Shown: in pieces, positions 36,187 to 45,906 of the stretch
How positions within the stretch are numbered: position 1 is the first letter of the stretch
Layout of the letters: each line of letters starts with the position of its first letter
Source: an uncultured bacterium
GTDB taxonomy: Bacteria; 4484-113
DNA length: 64,000 nucleotides
NCBI GenBank assembly: GCA_963749125.1
Contig: CAVVLL010000006.1
Span: 27,409 to 91,408 of the forward strand
Reading direction: 5' to 3'
Notes under the pieces: model-generated
What the model was told of the DNA's origin: nothing
Databases searched by the model: none
What the model saw: only the letters and a program-made list of their open reading frames with translations
Position numbers and translations under genes: made by a program

Positions 36187-39100
36187 ATGCTTCGTTTCTT
36201 GCGCGCATTATCCTTCACTATCGTGCTGACTGCGCTGTTCATGGGGATTACTGCCCATGCTGACGATAGCGCATTAGGGATGCTTTTCCCTGCTATCTCG
36301 CCTGATGGCAGCCAGGTCGCATTCTCTTACCAGGGCGACATCTGGGTAGCGCCTGTGAAAGGCGGCATGGCATGGAGGCTCACGGTCAGCATCGCGTTTG
36401 ATAGGAGCCCCTGCTGGTCGCCTGACGGCAAGACAATTCTGTTCAGCAGCCAGCGAGATGGCAACAATGACTTATATACAATTCCAGCCACCGGCGGCAA
36501 CGCGAAGCGGCTCACTTACTCCGACAGCGAAGATTACGCTGCCGACTGGTCTCCTGATGGAAAGCGCGTGCTGTTTACGACCTACCGCGCGTTCCCCGGC
36601 TCGATGATGATGGAGTTGGACATTGAAACCGGCAAAGAGAAGACCATTCTCCAGGACAGCGGGACGATAAGGTATCCACGTTATAGCCCTGACGGCAAGC
36701 TGATTGCGTTCAACCGTGGCGGCAGCAGCTACACGCGGATTGGATACAAGGGCGCAGGCAATTCGCAGGTGTGGGTTATGGGCGCAGACGGCAAAGGCGC
36801 ACGAAGGCTTGATGAGTGGAACGGCGGCCAGTATTGGCCTAACTGGTCGGTGGATGGCAGGCACATTTACTACCTGACCGACAGGGGGGATGACAGGGCT
36901 GTATATTCGGTAGCGCTTAACGGCGGTGAGCCAACGGAAGCGCTGCGGATGAAGGGCAAGGAGCTTTACTACCTCAGCGTTGCGCCCAACGGGGATGGAG
37001 TGGTTTGGGCGGACGGGCAGTTGTTCACAGCGAAGCTTTCACCCGCAAAACGAGCAGGCGATGCGAAGCAGATAAACATCAGCGCTGGAAGCGACGCTAA
37101 ACAGCAATATGTTACACGCGAAGTGTTTTCTCGCGCCGACGAGGTCGAGCCATCTCCAGATGGCAAATGGCTTGCGCTGGTTATCAGGGGCGATGTGTAT
37201 ATCCAGCCGCTATCGCGCACGCCGGAGCAGGAAATTGAAGCGCCACGCGGCGGCGAAGCGGTGAACTTTACGAATACAGCCGGGAGGGAGCAGTCAGTGC
37301 AGTGGACGCCGGAAAGTGACAAGCTGACTATGCTCTCCGACAAGGACGGCGACCAGAACATATACCAACTTGATTTGAATACAAATGAATGGGCGAGGCT
37401 CACGCGCACTAACGACATTGAGATCAACCCGCGCCTTTCGCCTGACGGTAAGCAGCTAGCCTTCTACCGTGGGACGAGTTCTCTCATCGTGCTTGATCTT
37501 GAGACGAAACGCGAGAGCGAACTGGCGAAGGGCTCGTTCCGCAGGGGCGTATGGGCAATGCCGTTGGAGTGGTCGCCTGATTCCAAATGGCTAGCTTTCA
37601 GCGACTACACGAGCGGGTGGAATTGCGACATCTTCGTGATGAAGGCGGATGGTAGCGAGAAGCCACGTAACATCACGCAGTACCCAACCAGCAACTGGGG
37701 GCCGGCATGGACAGGCGAATCCAAGAACATGATGTTCTGCAGCGCGCGGGGAAATGATATTTATCAATTGTATTTGCTGCCGCTAAAGCTGCCGGAGCTC
37801 AAATTCACCGATGAAATGAAGTTCGGCAAACCCATAGAAGATGCACCGAAGGACAACGAGACTGCCCCGAACGAAGGCGATTGTAAGGCTAATGCAGAAA
37901 AGATGACACTAGCTGCTGATAAGCCTGCCGCGAAGGGCGATGACAGAAAGGCCTCGCCGGTAACCGAGATTGATTTCACCGACATCGAATACCGCGCGAA
38001 GGCTATCAGCGAGACGCTTGCGGGCGTGAACAACTATGTTGTGTCACCGGACGGCAAGACCTGTATCTACGAATCAAGCACGACACTAAATGAAAAGAAG
38101 CTGTGGGCTATTGACCTGCTCACAAACGAAAGCGGGTCAGTGCCAATCCCTGCTAGCTTCAAGTGGCTGACCTGGAACGCAGGCGGAGCATTCGGCGCGT
38201 ATGAAGACGGGCGCGTTGTGAAGATTAGCGCCGCCGGATCGCAGATTCAGGGAATAGCGGGAGTGCCGGTCACGGCGCGCACGGTGCTTGACCGCCCCGC
38301 GGAGCTGCTGGCGATGTATGACGAAGCCTACAGAAACCTGAAGCATGGCTTCTACGACCCGAAGCTCCACGGCCGCGACATGGACGCTGCATATCGTAAA
38401 TACCGGAAGATGATCGCCAATTCGGTGACGCACGAGGAGTTTGACGTCTTCACGACATTTCTGCTCGGCGAGCTAAATGCGAGCCACCTGGGCGTTTACG
38501 GCGAATCCAGCTTCCAGGGAATAGGCGCTGCGACCGGCAAGCTCGGTGTGACTTACGAGACAAGCTATGAAGGCCCGGGATGGAAGGTCGCGCGCGTGTT
38601 GCCGATGGGCCCTGCGGCGAGGGATGAAAGCAGGCTTGTCCCCGGCGATGTGATACTCGCTGTTGACGGAACCGAAGTCGGCAACGATGAAGTATCGTTC
38701 ATGGCACTTGACGGCAAAGTGGGGAAGACCGTGCGCTTGAAAGTGCAGCATTCAGATGGCACGACTGGCGACGTTCGCATCAGGCCCATTTCGCGGGCCG
38801 AGCAATCGGGGCTTGAATACGAAATGTGGGTGCGGGGCAACCGCGCTATGGTGGAGAATATCTCGGGCGGGCGCGTCGGCTATGTCCATATAGAATCGAT
38901 GAACGACTCGTGCCTTGAACGCTTTAGGCGTGAGCTATTCGGATATGCGATGAAGTATGACGGGCTGGTGATTGACGTGCGCTACAACGGCGGCGGTAAT
39001 ATCCACGAGCAGCTCTTTGATCTGCTTGGGCGCAAGCCTTTTGGCTACAGCGCCAGGCGCGACTCCGGCAAGCTGATCCAGCCCGGCGATATGTATCAGG

Positions 39101-39426
39101 GCGTGAAGGTTTGCCTGACCAACGAATACAGCTTCTCCGACGCCGAGATATTTCCTTACGGCTTCAGGCAGCTTGGGTATGGCAAGCTTGTCGGTATGCC
39201 CACGAACGGCGGTGTAATTGGCACGAGCAACTACCAGCTCCTTGATGGGACAACATTCCGCATCCCGCAGACAGGCTGGTACACGTTGGGCATAGTGAAT
39301 CTTGAGAATAATCCAGTAGTTCCTGATTATGTCGTGGACATCGCGCCGGGAGTGATGGCGGCTGGAGACGACCCACAGCTACGCAAGGCCGTGGAAGTCA
39401 TCGTGAGCCAGCTTCAAGGCAAGTAA
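36187..39426 (+). CDS. Exported tricorn-like S41 family protease
   Basis: Signal peptide, many PD40 repeats (WSPDG), PDZ region, IDVRYNGGG, SFSDAEIF catalytic motif. Confidence 0.93.
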   Translation: MLRFLRALSFTIVLTALFMGITAHADDSALGMLFPAISPDGSQVAFSYQGDIWVAPVKGGMAWRLTVSIAFDRSPCWSPDGKTILFSSQRDGNNDLYTIPATGGNAKRLTYSDSEDYAADWSPDGKRVLFTTYRAFPGSMMMELDIETGKEKTILQDSGTIRYPRYSPDGKLIAFNRGGSSYTRIGYKGAGNSQVWVMGADGKGARRLDEWNGGQYWPNWSVDGRHIYYLTDRGDDRAVYSVALNGGEPTEALRMKGKELYYLSVAPNGDGVVWADGQLFTAKLSPAKRAGDAKQINISAGSDAKQQYVTREVFSRADEVEPSPDGKWLALVIRGDVYIQPLSRTPEQEIEAPRGGEAVNFTNTAGREQSVQWTPESDKLTMLSDKDGDQNIYQLDLNTNEWARLTRTNDIEINPRLSPDGKQLAFYRGTSSLIVLDLETKRESELAKGSFRRGVWAMPLEWSPDSKWLAFSDYTSGWNCDIFVMKADGSEKPRNITQYPTSNWGPAWTGESKNMMFCSARGNDIYQLYLLPLKLPELKFTDEMKFGKPIEDAPKDNETAPNEGDCKANAEKMTLAADKPAAKGDDRKASPVTEIDFTDIEYRAKAISETLAGVNNYVVSPDGKTCIYESSTTLNEKKLWAIDLLTNESGSVPIPASFKWLTWNAGGAFGAYEDGRVVKISAAGSQIQGIAGVPVTARTVLDRPAELLAMYDEAYRNLKHGFYDPKLHGRDMDAAYRKYRKMIANSVTHEEFDVFTTFLLGELNASHLGVYGESSFQGIGAATGKLGVTYETSYEGPGWKVARVLPMGPAARDESRLVPGDVILAVDGTEVGNDEVSFMALDGKVGKTVRLKVQHSDGTTGDVRIRPISRAEQSGLEYEMWVRGNRAMVENISGGRVGYVHIESMNDSCLERFRRELFGYAMKYDGLVIDVRYNGGGNIHEQLFDLLGRKPFGYSARRDSGKLIQPGDMYQGVKVCLTNEYSFSDAEIFPYGFRQLGYGKLVGMPTNGGVIGTSNYQLLDGTTFRIPQTGWYTLGIVNLENNPVVPDYVVDIAPGVMAAGDDPQLRKAVEVIVSQLQGK

Positions 39427-40300
39427 CTACTTGGGCTCATCTTCGGGCGTCACAGGCTCTTCTGGAGGCTCTGGCTCGGCCGGCGGGGATACTTCCAAGC
39501 CGAATTCCTCGGCAGGCGACTCTTCGATTGAGAATTGTACGGCATTCTCAGCCTCTTCCTTGAGGCGCTCCTGCTCAATCAAGTACTGCTTGTATTCCCA
39601 GTAGGATACTATGTCTGCCGCCTCCTGCTCAGACAAGCGCTCCATTGAGAAGAAAGGCATCGGCGCGCTCCATTCTTCTACTTCGCCGACCGTGTCAAGG
39701 GGAGACTTGAGGCCTCGTATCTTACTGGCAACGAAAACAGGCGATGCAATGTAAGCGAGTACCGGCGCGCTTCCTTTTTCGCGGTGGCAAAGGATACAGG
39801 CCGACGCATACAGCGTCTCGCCGCGACGCGGATCCCCATCAAGCTCAGGGAGATTCGTAGCGCGCGTAATGGTTATAGGCGCAGATTTGGAATCTGGCGT
39901 AATTGAGCGCAGATAAGCTAACAGCGATTGCATCTTAGGATCCGATGCGGGCAAAGTATTGGTCTTGAGGAAGCCGGCAACACATGTATTGATGGCGCGG
40001 ACGAGGGGAACATCATCTTTGCCAACGTAGGCCGCGTTGTAGTATGAGCGCCTGGCCGTGCTGTTCCAAAGTGTATGCCCCGGGCGCAGGTAACCGTCGT
40101 CAAGGCGCGCTTCGTCAAAGTTGGAGTGGCAATAGACACAGGCGTAGGCGCAAGTCGCCCCATGCCCCGTAATACAGCGACTTGCCGGCGAGGACTGTTT
40201 CCTCGCTGTCGCCTTGCGCAACGCTTTTGGCGGAGGGCAAGGCAGCGAGCCATACTACAGAAGCTATGATTAATGCAGCGATAAGTAACCGTGGCCCCAC
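39427..40300 (-). CDS. Exported diheme cytochrome c, TsdA/SoxA-like, frameshifted near 40160
   Basis: Signal peptide in ORF 40115..40300; CVYCH, RAINTCV, LLAYLRSI, GETLY..ACILCH, MPFF in ORF 39427..40221. Confidence 0.72.
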
Positions 40301-40380
40301 TTCAACCTCCGAATACGCCTGAAGGCGTATGTGTATTTTAGCTCATTAGGCAAACGGCTAGAAGCCTGTGCAATAATCAC

Positions 40381-41478
40381 ATGCGTATGCTGCCATCTTC
40401 AAGCAGGCAGGGCACTGACAGCTACAGGGTAGCCCGTAAATACGCGCGGGGAACTGATGGCGCACCAGTGCGCACATTCCAAGGCCGGGAACTTCTCAAG
40501 CAAGACAAGATATTCAGCGAGCTTGCGGCAGGCAAAATCACCGTTGTTGAAGGTGAACGGAGCCAATTAGACGCGCTTGCCGACTACATCTCAAGGCGGC
40601 AGGGAGACATTGCCAGAGGCGACGGCGCGAGCGAGCCGCTATCCAGGCTGATGATTGAGGTTGACGCTAATAGGGCGCATAAAGTCGATCCGCCAATTGA
40701 ACAGAAATATCTAGCTTTGTTATGCGGCGAGAGTGAGCTTAACGAAGGCGAGATGGTGCTAGTCCCCTACACTGCGGTGAAGAAGCTCATAGCGAAGCTC
40801 AGCGAGAAGTGGCGCGTGGATGCGCTTGGGACGTGGCTGTCAACAGGGGAAGACGTGCTTCCCCCACGTTCGCAGGAGACATACTCGCTATTCAAGGAAG
40901 CGATAGTTGATGCAAACAGTATAATGCCTTCCGAGGCTGCGATACTGGACATGGGATGCGGCTGCGGCGTACTAGGTCTTATTGCAGCGAAAGAGCTTGC
41001 GGAGAAGGGCGCGAAGGTTACGGCTACCGATGTGATGCCGGAAGCCATCGGCAGTGCGCTTATTAACGTTGAGAGGCTAATTGAAGAAGGATTGTTGCAT
41101 GAAGGCTCAGTTATAGTGTCACAGCCCGGCGATATGTTTGAACGGATGGGAGAGGCGCGCTACGACATGATCATATTCAATGCGCCCTGGGTCGTGGCGC
41201 CGGTTAGGTCGCGCAGCGATGTTGCGCTAAATGATGAGAAGCAACAGGTGCTTGAAGCGTTTATGTCGCAAGCACGAGGGCACTTGTGGCCTAATGGCGC
41301 GGTCATTCTCGGTTATGCCGATAACAGCGGAGACAAAGCTGTGGCACGCGCAAAGCAGTTAGCGGCCGATGCAGGCTTTTGCATCACGCATGAGAGGTCG
41401 GCGCGCGTGGCGACGCACAGGAAGAAGAACAAGTGGGAACGCATCTTCGTGTGGGAGCTTCGGCTGATGCAGAGCTAG
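40381..41478 (+). CDS. Class I SAM-dependent methyltransferase (HemK/MTS-like)
   Basis: ILDMGCGCGVLG motif I, ATDV, GDMF, FNAPW motif IV. Confidence 0.85.
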   Translation: MRMLPSSSRQGTDSYRVARKYARGTDGAPVRTFQGRELLKQDKIFSELAAGKITVVEGERSQLDALADYISRRQGDIARGDGASEPLSRLMIEVDANRAHKVDPPIEQKYLALLCGESELNEGEMVLVPYTAVKKLIAKLSEKWRVDALGTWLSTGEDVLPPRSQETYSLFKEAIVDANSIMPSEAAILDMGCGCGVLGLIAAKELAEKGAKVTATDVMPEAIGSALINVERLIEEGLLHEGSVIVSQPGDMFERMGEARYDMIIFNAPWVVAPVRSRSDVALNDEKQQVLEAFMSQARGHLWPNGAVILGYADNSGDKAVARAKQLAADAGFCITHERSARVATHRKKNKWERIFVWELRLMQS

Positions 41479-42785
41479 AGCAGTTCGCCCCAGTGAAGCG
41501 TCGGGATAGGAATGCCCTTGCAGGCAGCGGTTTCGTTTAGGTGTGTAATACAGCCAGACGAACACGACAGCACCAAGTCAACGCCGGCATCATGCCAGAT
41601 ACGCAGCTTCTTCTCGCTTAGGCTTGATGCAAACTCAGGATAACGCAGGTTGAACAGCCCGCCGTAGCCGCAGCATTCTTCAGGGACAACCGCGTCGGTC
41701 ACGTTGAAGCCCCACTTGCGAAGGATGCTATCGCCGGTCGTTTTGTCGCCAAGCGCGAATCCAAGCGCGCAGGGGTTGTGCCACGCGACAATTATGTTCT
41801 GCCATGCTGGATGCAGGTTAGGCGGAGGTAGTTTGGCGAACATCTCTACGTCAAGCACCGGCTCAGGAAGCTTGTCAAAGGTGTCGCCCAGGATTTCCCG
41901 GTAGCGTTCCTTTACGGTCTTATAACATGTTGGGTTGGAGAACAAGATGCGCTGGAACGGGGAATCAGCGAAAGCCTTGGCGTATGCGAATGCCATATTC
42001 ACGAAGGCGGCTTCATCGCCCGTGTTTAGCGCGCTGGCGCCGCAGCAGCCCGCATCGGGATTGATGGCGACACGGTAACCATTTTGATTGAGATAACGGA
42101 CGACTCCGGCGAAGGCCTGCGGGAAGTATATGTCGGTCAGGCAATCAAGGAAGTAGCCGATCGTTCCCATGGATGGCTGGGCGACAACCTGAGCGTTTAG
42201 GATTGCGCGAATGCTGGCATTTCGCCTGCTTGAGCCGCAGGGAGTGAGATTACACTTCTTATTTGCCTTGAGAGCTACAAGCCGGTGCGTTAATGAAGCA
42301 TGCCGCTGCGCTACAGGAATTGTAGCAATAGCGGCCTTGAGTGGCGCCGAATGCTTCACTTGCTTGCATGCGAAGGGTAGCAGCAGGGCCATTAGCGCTG
42401 CGGCACTGGCGCCAAGCCTGGTCATGCGCTTGTTAGGCAGCACCTTGCGCATTAGGAACCGCTGTGCCGCCGATGGAGAGCGCTCGCATGCGGATTGAAA
42501 CCTCAACGCTTCAAAGATGGGGACGGTGGCGATATGCGCTGGACAGACGTCCATGCAGTGGTAGCAGCGCAGGCAGAAATCCAGGTATTCCTGCAAGCGG
42601 GGGCTGTCGCGGAGTAAGGCGGCCTGAAGCGGCCCATATCGCGCCGCCGTGCCTGCGACTTGCACCTTGCCCCGGGCGGAGAAACCCTCGTCCTGCGTCG
42701 CCTTGTAGGTCGGGCAGCCGAAATGGCACTTGGCGCAGTAGGCGCAAGCTTCCGCATTGACGCTGTAATCTGATAATGAACGCAA
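41475..42785 (-). CDS. GlcF/LutA-like Fe-S oxidoreductase subunit with two CCG domains
   Basis: CAYCAKCHFGCP, CLRCYHCMDVCP, GCCGA, HNPC, ECCGYGG, CSSGC. Confidence 0.88.
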   Translation of the reverse strand: MRSLSDYSVNAEACAYCAKCHFGCPTYKATQDEGFSARGKVQVAGTAARYGPLQAALLRDSPRLQEYLDFCLRCYHCMDVCPAHIATVPIFEALRFQSACERSPSAAQRFLMRKVLPNKRMTRLGASAAALMALLLPFACKQVKHSAPLKAAIATIPVAQRHASLTHRLVALKANKKCNLTPCGSSRRNASIRAILNAQVVAQPSMGTIGYFLDCLTDIYFPQAFAGVVRYLNQNGYRVAINPDAGCCGASALNTGDEAAFVNMAFAYAKAFADSPFQRILFSNPTCYKTVKERYREILGDTFDKLPEPVLDVEMFAKLPPPNLHPAWQNIIVAWHNPCALGFALGDKTTGDSILRKWGFNVTDAVVPEECCGYGGLFNLRYPEFASSLSEKKLRIWHDAGVDLVLSCSSGCITHLNETAACKGIPIPTLHWGELL

Positions 42786-42802
42786 CGCGCCTGAATGTTA
42801 GC

Positions 42803-42817
42803 ATAAGGCTTGCCTAT
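42803..42817. promoter_or_regulatory. Putative LysR-type operator (ATAA-N7-CTAT) upstream of lysR
   Basis: T-N11-A dyad in the divergent intergenic region. Confidence 0.4.
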
Positions 42818-42846
42818 GTATCAGTCCAGCATGGTAAAATCTGCCC

Positions 42847-43725
42847 ATGGATACTCATCAATTAAGGGTGTTTCTTGCCGTTTACAGGCACAAGAGCTTC
42901 TCGCGCGCATCCGCTAAGCTTGGCTTAAAGCAGCCAACCGTCAGCATTCACATCAAGGCGCTTGAGAAGAAGCTCGGGTGCAGGCTCTTTGACCGCACCG
43001 GGCAGAAAGTAATTCCGACCGCAGAAGCACGTGTGCTTTTTGAGCACGCCGAGCACGTCGTTGAAATGTCCGAGAAGCTTGAAAGCGCGATGAAGTGTTC
43101 ATCAAAGGCAATCGCCGGTGAAATCATCCTCGGCGCTAGCACCATACCGGCGGCTTATATTCTGCCGGCCGCCGCGGCCAGTTTCAGGGCCAAGCATCAT
43201 GACGTATCATTCCGCTTTGTTTCCGGCGACTCCAAGCTTATTTGCGAGATGATCGCCGAGCACGACTTGATCGCCGGGGTAGTGGGGGCTAGGATACCCA
43301 TCAACGGCCTTAACTTCCATCCTTTAGCTCAAGACGAACTGGTGCTTGCCGGCCACCCAAAGTTACTGAAATCCAGGGAAATCACGACTGAGGCGTTGCT
43401 CAAGCTACCGTTCATGCTCCGTGAGGAAGGATCGGGAACCCGCCGCGCAATGGAAACCTATTGCTCCCAGAATAACATTGACACGTCCGACATGAACGTC
43501 ACAGCCGTGCTGGGCTCCACCGACTCCGTTAAGCAGGCCGTCAAGGCGGGGCTTGGAGTGTCCATCATCTCCAAAATCGCAATCGCTGACGAGCTAAAGC
43601 GGAAGGAACTTACGGCGGCGGTGTTCCACAAGTCGCCCATCATCCGCAACTTCTATGTCGTCACGCATAAAGGCAGGACTCTTCCGGGCGTGTATAAGTC
43701 GTTCATTGAGCACTTGTCTAAGTAA
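42847..43725 (+). CDS. LysR family regulator (CysL-like)
   Basis: LRVFLAVY..KSFSRA...QPTVS.HIK.LE HTH; LREEGSGTR; LGSTDSVKQAV. Confidence 0.93.
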   Translation: MDTHQLRVFLAVYRHKSFSRASAKLGLKQPTVSIHIKALEKKLGCRLFDRTGQKVIPTAEARVLFEHAEHVVEMSEKLESAMKCSSKAIAGEIILGASTIPAAYILPAAAASFRAKHHDVSFRFVSGDSKLICEMIAEHDLIAGVVGARIPINGLNFHPLAQDELVLAGHPKLLKSREITTEALLKLPFMLREEGSGTRRAMETYCSQNNIDTSDMNVTAVLGSTDSVKQAVKAGLGVSIISKIAIADELKRKELTAAVFHKSPIIRNFYVVTHKGRTLPGVYKSFIEHLSK

Positions 43726-43757
43726 GCAGCCGGCCTGTTATAGCCTGGCCATAGACG

Positions 43758-43772
43758 ATAGCAATAAGCTAT
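43758..43772. promoter_or_regulatory. Putative LysR-type operator (ATAG-N7-CTAT) upstream of the reductase operon
   Basis: Perfect 4-bp dyad with T-N11-A spacing. Confidence 0.5.
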
Positions 43773-43797
43773 TTGCAATATAGGTGTTACGCAGGTA

Positions 43798-43828
43798 GGA
43801 TTACCGCCAGCTAATCTGGAGGTAATCC
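43798..43828 (+). promoter_or_regulatory. Hairpin sequestering the Shine-Dalgarno site
   Basis: GGATTACC-G-CCAG-CTAAT-CTGG-A-GGTAATCC ends right before ATG 43829 and contains GGAGGT. Confidence 0.65.
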
Positions 43829-45110
43829 ATGGGCACTAAATACGATGAGATGTGGACATCCCTAGGCTTGGACCTTGACGCGCACGCGCAACTACTCGGC
43901 GTTTTGGGAGGGGCCTACGAAGGCATATTCCTCTCGCAGAAGAACCGGCCTGAGGGCATGAAATACTTTGACTTTGTGATGAGCGAAGTTCACGGCTTGC
44001 GCATCCAGGAGCTAATGGATGCTAAGGCGGCTGGGCGGAAAGTGGTCAGCTACCTCTGCACCTTGCGTTCCAGAAGAAATCGTGCTCGCTGCTAACGGCG
44101 TGCAGGTAGGCTTATGCAGTGGTGCCGAGCTGCCACTGATAAAGCGGAGACGCTGTTACCTCGTAATACTTGTGCGCTGATAAAGTCTGCGCTTGGTTTC
44201 AAGCTCGGCAAGGTATGCCCTTACGTTGAGGCGTGCGACCTTATTGTCGGCGAAAACACTTGCGACGGGAAGAAGAAGGCTTACGAAACGTTCAAGGAAT
44301 TGATGCCGAGCTTCTACGTTATGGACCTTCCGCAGATGAAGAGCGAAGCAGGCAAGGCGCTGCTTAAGGTTGAATACCTGCGCTTCATGAAGAAGATAGA
44401 AGAACTTACAGGCGTGAAGATAGACGCCGACAAGCTGCGCCACGGGATAGAGATTGCGAATAACAAGCGCGCAGCGCTCATGCGCCTTAACGCCGCAAGG
44501 GCAGCGTCGCCAGTCCCCATTTCAGGGCTTGACGGCCTGCTCGCCAACCAAGTGTTCTTTTACGACGACCCGGTGCGCTACACGGCATCAGTGAATGCAC
44601 TAGCGGACGAGCTTGAGGCGCGCGCGAAAGCCAAGACCGGTGTGGCAGATGCCAAAGCGCCGCGCATCTTGATATCGGGCTGCCCGATGGCAGTGCCGAA
44701 CTGGAAGCTGCCGTGGGTGATTGAGAGCACGGGCGCCGTTATCGTTGGCGAGGAGTTATGCGTTGGCGCACGTGGCATCCGCAATGAAGTGAAGGCTGAT
44801 GGCGCAAGCGTGGACAGCCTCATTGACGCAATCGTTGACCGCTACTTCCAGATTGATTGCGCTATCTTCACGCCAAACGACGACAGGCTGCTCCACGTCG
44901 AGGAGATGTATAAAGACCTGCATGCTGACGGCGTAATCCATTATTGCTTGCAGTTCTGCCAACCTTACCAGATGGAAGCGATGGGCGTTGAGCGTGATCT
45001 GCAAAAAGAAGCAAATCCCCGTCCTGCGGATAGACACCGATTATTCCATGGAAGACGTTGAGCAACTAAGGACGCGCGTTGAGGCGTTCACGGAGCAAAT
45101 TACGAAGTAG
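43829..45110 (+). CDS. Double-cubane-cluster-type reductase (2-hydroxyacyl-CoA dehydratase subunit family), three apparent indels
   Basis: [23 protein letters not shown], restored [51 protein letters not shown], restored TDYSMED..QL.TRVEAF. Confidence 0.82.
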
Positions 45111-45116
45111 CGGGAT

Positions 45117-45891
45117 ATGAAATACTGCGGCTTGGACATCGGCTCACGCAGCATCGAACGTGCCGTCCTAAACGGCGGTAAGATCGAGCACCAGGCCGCA
45201 CTGCCAACGACGCACAACCCCGCCGCACAAATCAACGTGCTGCTGGCTGGTGCGCCAAGCTGCGATGCCATGTGCGTCACAGGTTATGGCCGCAAGCTTG
45301 CTGTCCAGGAGTTAGGCTGCGACGCAGTCAGCGAGATCACCGCATACGCCTACGGGGCTAAACACTTGCGAAACGATGTCCGTGGCATCATTGATATCGG
45401 CGGGCAGGATACCAAGATAATCTCGCTATCACCGGACGGTGCAGTCATGCGTTTTGAGATGAACGACCGCTGCGCAGCCGGGACCGGCAGGTTCCTTGAA
45501 GTTATGGCACTTAGCTTTCAAATGCCAATTGAAGATATCGGCGGCTACGCATTACAAGGAGCGCCGGGCATCACGATTAACAGCATGTGCACTGTGTTCG
45601 CCGAGAGTGAAGTTACGTCACTGGTCGCGCGAGGGGCTGTTCCGCAAGACGTCGCATATGCGATACATGAGTCGGCTGCCAGGCGAACACTGGCGATGCT
45701 GGAGCGGGTAGCGGGTGCAGGCGCAGGTGGTGTTCGCGGGCGGCGTTGCGCGAAACGCCTGCATCGTGAAGATGCTGGCGCAAGGCATAGGAGGCGAGCT
45801 GTTCGTACCCGAATATCCTGAATACACAGGCGCGATCGGTGCGGCGCTAATCGCAAAGCAACGGTGGGAGAAACGCCAAAGCGGCACATAG
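45117..45891 (+). CDS. ATP-dependent activase (BadF/BadG/BcrA/BcrD-type), frameshifted near 45720
   Basis: GLDIGSRS, VTGYGR, DIGGQDTK, MNDRCAAGTGRF, SMCTVFAESE; restored VFAGGVARN and GAIGAAL. Confidence 0.85.
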
Positions 45892-45906
45892 GCTACAATC
45901 CTACGA

